Assembly: GCF_963921235.1 (NCBI RefSeq)
Contig: NC_086109.1
Coordinates: 26,848,001-26,912,000, forward strand
Direction of reading: 5' to 3'
Source: Mobula hypostoma
Lineage: Eukaryota
Length of the DNA stretch: 64,000 bases
This document shows positions 60,965 to 64,000 of the stretch, piece after piece. The translations under genes and the position numbers were made by a program. The notes below the pieces were generated by a model, which searched no databases, was not told the DNA's origin, and saw nothing but the letters and a program-made list of their open reading frames with translations. Within the stretch, counting starts at the first letter, position 1. Each line of letters begins with the position of its first letter.

Positions 60965-62672
60965 CAGGTGACTTGTGGCGAGGACTGCATACCATCGCAG
61001 ACTTCAAAGCCAAACGTTGTGGTGCCGCCAACATCGCGGCCGCTCTCCCAGATGAGCTCAATCGCTTTTATGCTCAGTTCGATGTCGCTAACTCTGAGCC
61101 TCCGAGGAAAGCCACCACTACAGCCTGCAACCTGGTCATTTCTGAGGCTGAGTTACTCAGATGTTTCCAACAAGTGGACAGTCGCAAGGCTGCAGGACCA
61201 GATGGCATCCCAGGGCGAGTACTCAGGATGTGCGCAGCACAACTGGCGGGTGTGTTTACTGACATTTTTAATCTCTCCCTCTCCCAGTGTAGAGTGCCCT
61301 CCTGCTTCAAATTATCCCCCATTGTCCCTGTACCAAAAAAGACCAAGGTAAAATACCTGAACAACTGGTGTCCTATCACTCTCACCTCAATAATAAACAA
61401 ATGCTTTGAGAGACTGGTCAATGATTACATCTGTCAGCTTGCTACCACCCAAACTGAACCCCCTACAATTTGCCTACTGACACAACTGTTCGACAGGTGA
61501 CACAATAGCCACTGCTCTAATACCGTGTTTACACATCTGGAGAAGAAGGATCCTTATCTGAGAATGCTGTTCTTGGACTACAGTTCAGCATTCAACACCA
61601 TAGTTCCATCCAGGCTCGACAAGAAGCTCAGAGACCTCGACCTTGACCCTGCCTTATGCAGCTGGATCCTGGACTTCCTGTCAGATCACCAGCAGGTTGT
61701 AAGAGTGGGCTCCCTTACCTCCAACCCTCTGACTCTCAATACAGGAGCCCCTCAGGGCTGTGTACTGAGTCCCCTCCCTTACTCCCCATATACCCATGAC
61801 TGTATCGCTACCCACAGCTCCAATCTGCTAATTAAATTTGCTGATGACACTATATTGATTGGCTTTTTCTCAAAAAATAACAAGGTGTCCTACAGGGAAG
61901 AAGTCATCTCTCTGACACAGTGGTGTCAAGAAAACAACTTCTCCCTCAATGTTGCAAAAACAAAGGAGCTGGTTGTGGATTACAGGAGGAATGGAGATGG
62001 GCTAACCCCTATCGACATCAATGGATCTGGGGTTGAGAGGGTAAACAGCTTTAAATTCTTCAGCATCCATATCACCGAGGACCTCGTGGTCTGTACGACC
62101 AGCTGTGTGGTGAGAAAGGCGTAACAATGCCTCTCCTCACCTCAGACAGTTGATGAAGTTTGGTATGGGCCCCCAAATACTAAGAACTTTCTCCAGGAGC
62201 ACATTTGCGAGCATCCTGACTGGCTGCATCATTGCCTGGTATGGGAACTGTACCTCCCTTAATCGCAGGACTCTGCAGAGAGTGGTGCGGACAGCCCAGC
62301 GCATCTGTAGTTGTGAACTTCCCATGATTCAGGACATTTAGAAGGACAGGTGTGTAAAAAGGGCCCGTAGGATCATTGGACACCCAAGTCGTCCCAACCA
62401 CAATCTATTCCAGCTGCTACCACCCAGGAAGCGGTACTGCAGCATAAAAGCCAGGACCAACCGGCTTCGGGACAGCTTCTTACACCAGGAGAAGAACTGA
62501 TGAACTCACTCTGATTTGAGTGTACTCAATATTACACTGACTGTTCTATTTATTATAAATTATTATAAATTACTATGACTGCGCATTGCGCATTTAGATA
62601 GAGACGTAACATATAGATTTTTACTCCTCATGTATGTGAAGGATATAAGAAATAAAGTAAATTCAATTCAAT
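60965..62672 (+). mobile_element. 5'-truncated Rex1/Babar LINE inserted in an antisense CR1 fragment (60772-60964 plus 62673-62825)
   Basis: [41 protein letters not shown] and LTGCIIAWYGN; (TTCAA)n tail; host CR1 GGCAAT|GTATTCCACAG is restored on removal. Confidence 0.9.
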
Positions 62673-62890
62673 GTATTCCACAGATTCACCACCCTCTATC
62701 TAAAGAAAATCCTCCTCAACTCTGTTCTAAGGAGCTGTCCTTGTATTCTGAGGCTGTGCCCTGTGGGTCCTAGACTCTCCCAATATTGGAAACGTTCTCT
62801 CCGCATCCGTTCTATCTAATCTTTTCAATTAGGCTTATTGTTACTAGATGCAATTTATCTTTGTCATTTTCTGGTCTGTCTTCCATGCAG

Positions 62891-63017
62891 TGTTGGTGGA
62901 ACAGGAGGCTGGTCATCCAAAGGGTGTGAATTAGTCTTCAGGAACGAGAGCCACATCAGTTGCCAGTGTAGTCACATGACCAGCTTTGCCATTCTCATGG
63001 ACATTTCCAGACGCGAG
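62891..63017 (+). CDS. CELSR2: CELSR2-like exon O (GPS motif), phase 2 to 0; the gene continues beyond the window
   Basis: catgcag|T GTT GGT GGA...CGC GAG|gtaaat; VGGTGGWSSKGCELVFRNESHISCQCSHMTSFAILMDISRRE. Confidence 0.96.
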
Positions 63018-63726
63018 GTAAATCACACCACGCTCTCTGACTGTGGGGCAGGCCTTTTATGTATAAGTATGTCTTAATAACAAGGTAGTCTGAAGTATGT
63101 GGCTTATTTGGATTGTGATGAGATCCATTATATTATTCTTGACATAGCATTCTGGTTCTCATAAGAAGATTGAATGCATATTTGCATAACATTAACATTT
63201 AAATTAAAGTTGATTGAGCTCTTCTGGTATGTTTTGTTTATGTCGCTTTGTGATTTAAAGTGGGAGCTCTGGAATGGTAGTATTTTGTTTTCCTGAGAAA
63301 CTCCAGTGAAGCCCTGAAGCACAAGGCAAACCCGAACCTAAAATAGGTAAATCGAGACAGGATTAAATAGGAAGCAATTAAGCTGCATTAGACTAGAGTT
63401 TTAAAAACCTGAACTATTATTAAGTAGAAGGAAAGGTCAGGGAAAGAATGAATCTATATTTTATACAGAGCCTTTCATAACCTCACACCTGATGAAACAC
63501 TTTGAAGTACGGTCATGGTTGTATTAAAGGTAAATACAGCTGCCAGATTTCCAGTTCCCACAAACAGCGACATTAAACTGACTGGCAAACTTGTTTCAGT
63601 GATATAGGCCACCAAGGGAACTTCTTTACTCCAAATTGTACTAAAGATCACTTGAGTTTCATGCTGAAGTTGAAGATTTCTTGAGAAGCAGCATCCTCTT
63701 AAAAAATGCTACAGCCTTCAGTGGCA

Positions 63727-64000
63727 ATAAGATCATAAGACATGGGAGCAGAATTAGACCATTTGGCCCATCGAATCTGCTCCACCATTTGATCATGTCT
63801 GATTTTATATTCCTTCTCAAGCCCATTCTACTGCCTTCTCCCCAATACTTTTTGATGCCCTTACTAATCAAGAACCTATCAATCTCTGCTTTAAATATAC
63901 CAAATAAGCTCCCTCCACAGCCATCTGTGGCAATGAATTCCACAGATTGACCACCCCCTGGCTAAAGAAGTTTCTCCTCATCTCCTTTTTAAAGGGATAG
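63727..64000 (-). mobile_element. Antisense CR1 3' end running off the window
   Basis: Reverse complement of the CR1 3' UTR; IFKAEIDRFLISKGIK. Confidence 0.82.

Noticed and set aside
21524..63017. Assignment to CELSR1 or CELSR3
   Set aside because: MANPQxFLG, RHCDEHRGWLPP, YDPDKRSLRVPKRP and HMTSFA match CELSR2 as I recall it; a phylogeny would be the formal test.
1..64000. Prokaryotic systems (CRISPR arrays, operons, retrons, defence islands)
   Set aside because: The window is spliced vertebrate DNA. All RT motifs belong to L1, CR1, Rex1/Babar, RTE or Penelope elements, and there is no regularly spaced repeat-spacer array.

Overview
Eukaryotic, intron-rich vertebrate DNA. The repeat content (CR1, Rex1/Babar, Penelope-derived repeats, tRNA-head SINEs) suggests a cartilaginous fish, probably a ray or skate; this is inference. 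The + strand carries 15 consecutive internal coding exons (21524-63017; 2288 nt spliced; frame continuous; all GT-AG) of a CELSR2-type adhesion GPCR, running from the second laminin-G domain through EGF, EGF-laminin, hormone-receptor and GAIN domains to the GPS. I found no CELSR exon in 1-21523, so it reads as one intron longer than 21 kb. The introns hold transposable elements, many with target-site duplications (TSDs) I could resolve: a full-length antisense L1, a near full-length RTE, a 3-kb Penelope-like element, a Tc1 element with a Helitron nested in its terminal inverted repeat (TIR), solo LTRs, CR1 and Rex1/Babar fragments, SINEs and MITEs. The most interesting non-genic signal is a set of minimal hammerhead-ribozyme motifs on Penelope-derived ends. 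These include two near-identical sense copies that bracket a CELSR2 exon, and small fold-back (palindromic) derivatives with their own TSDs.
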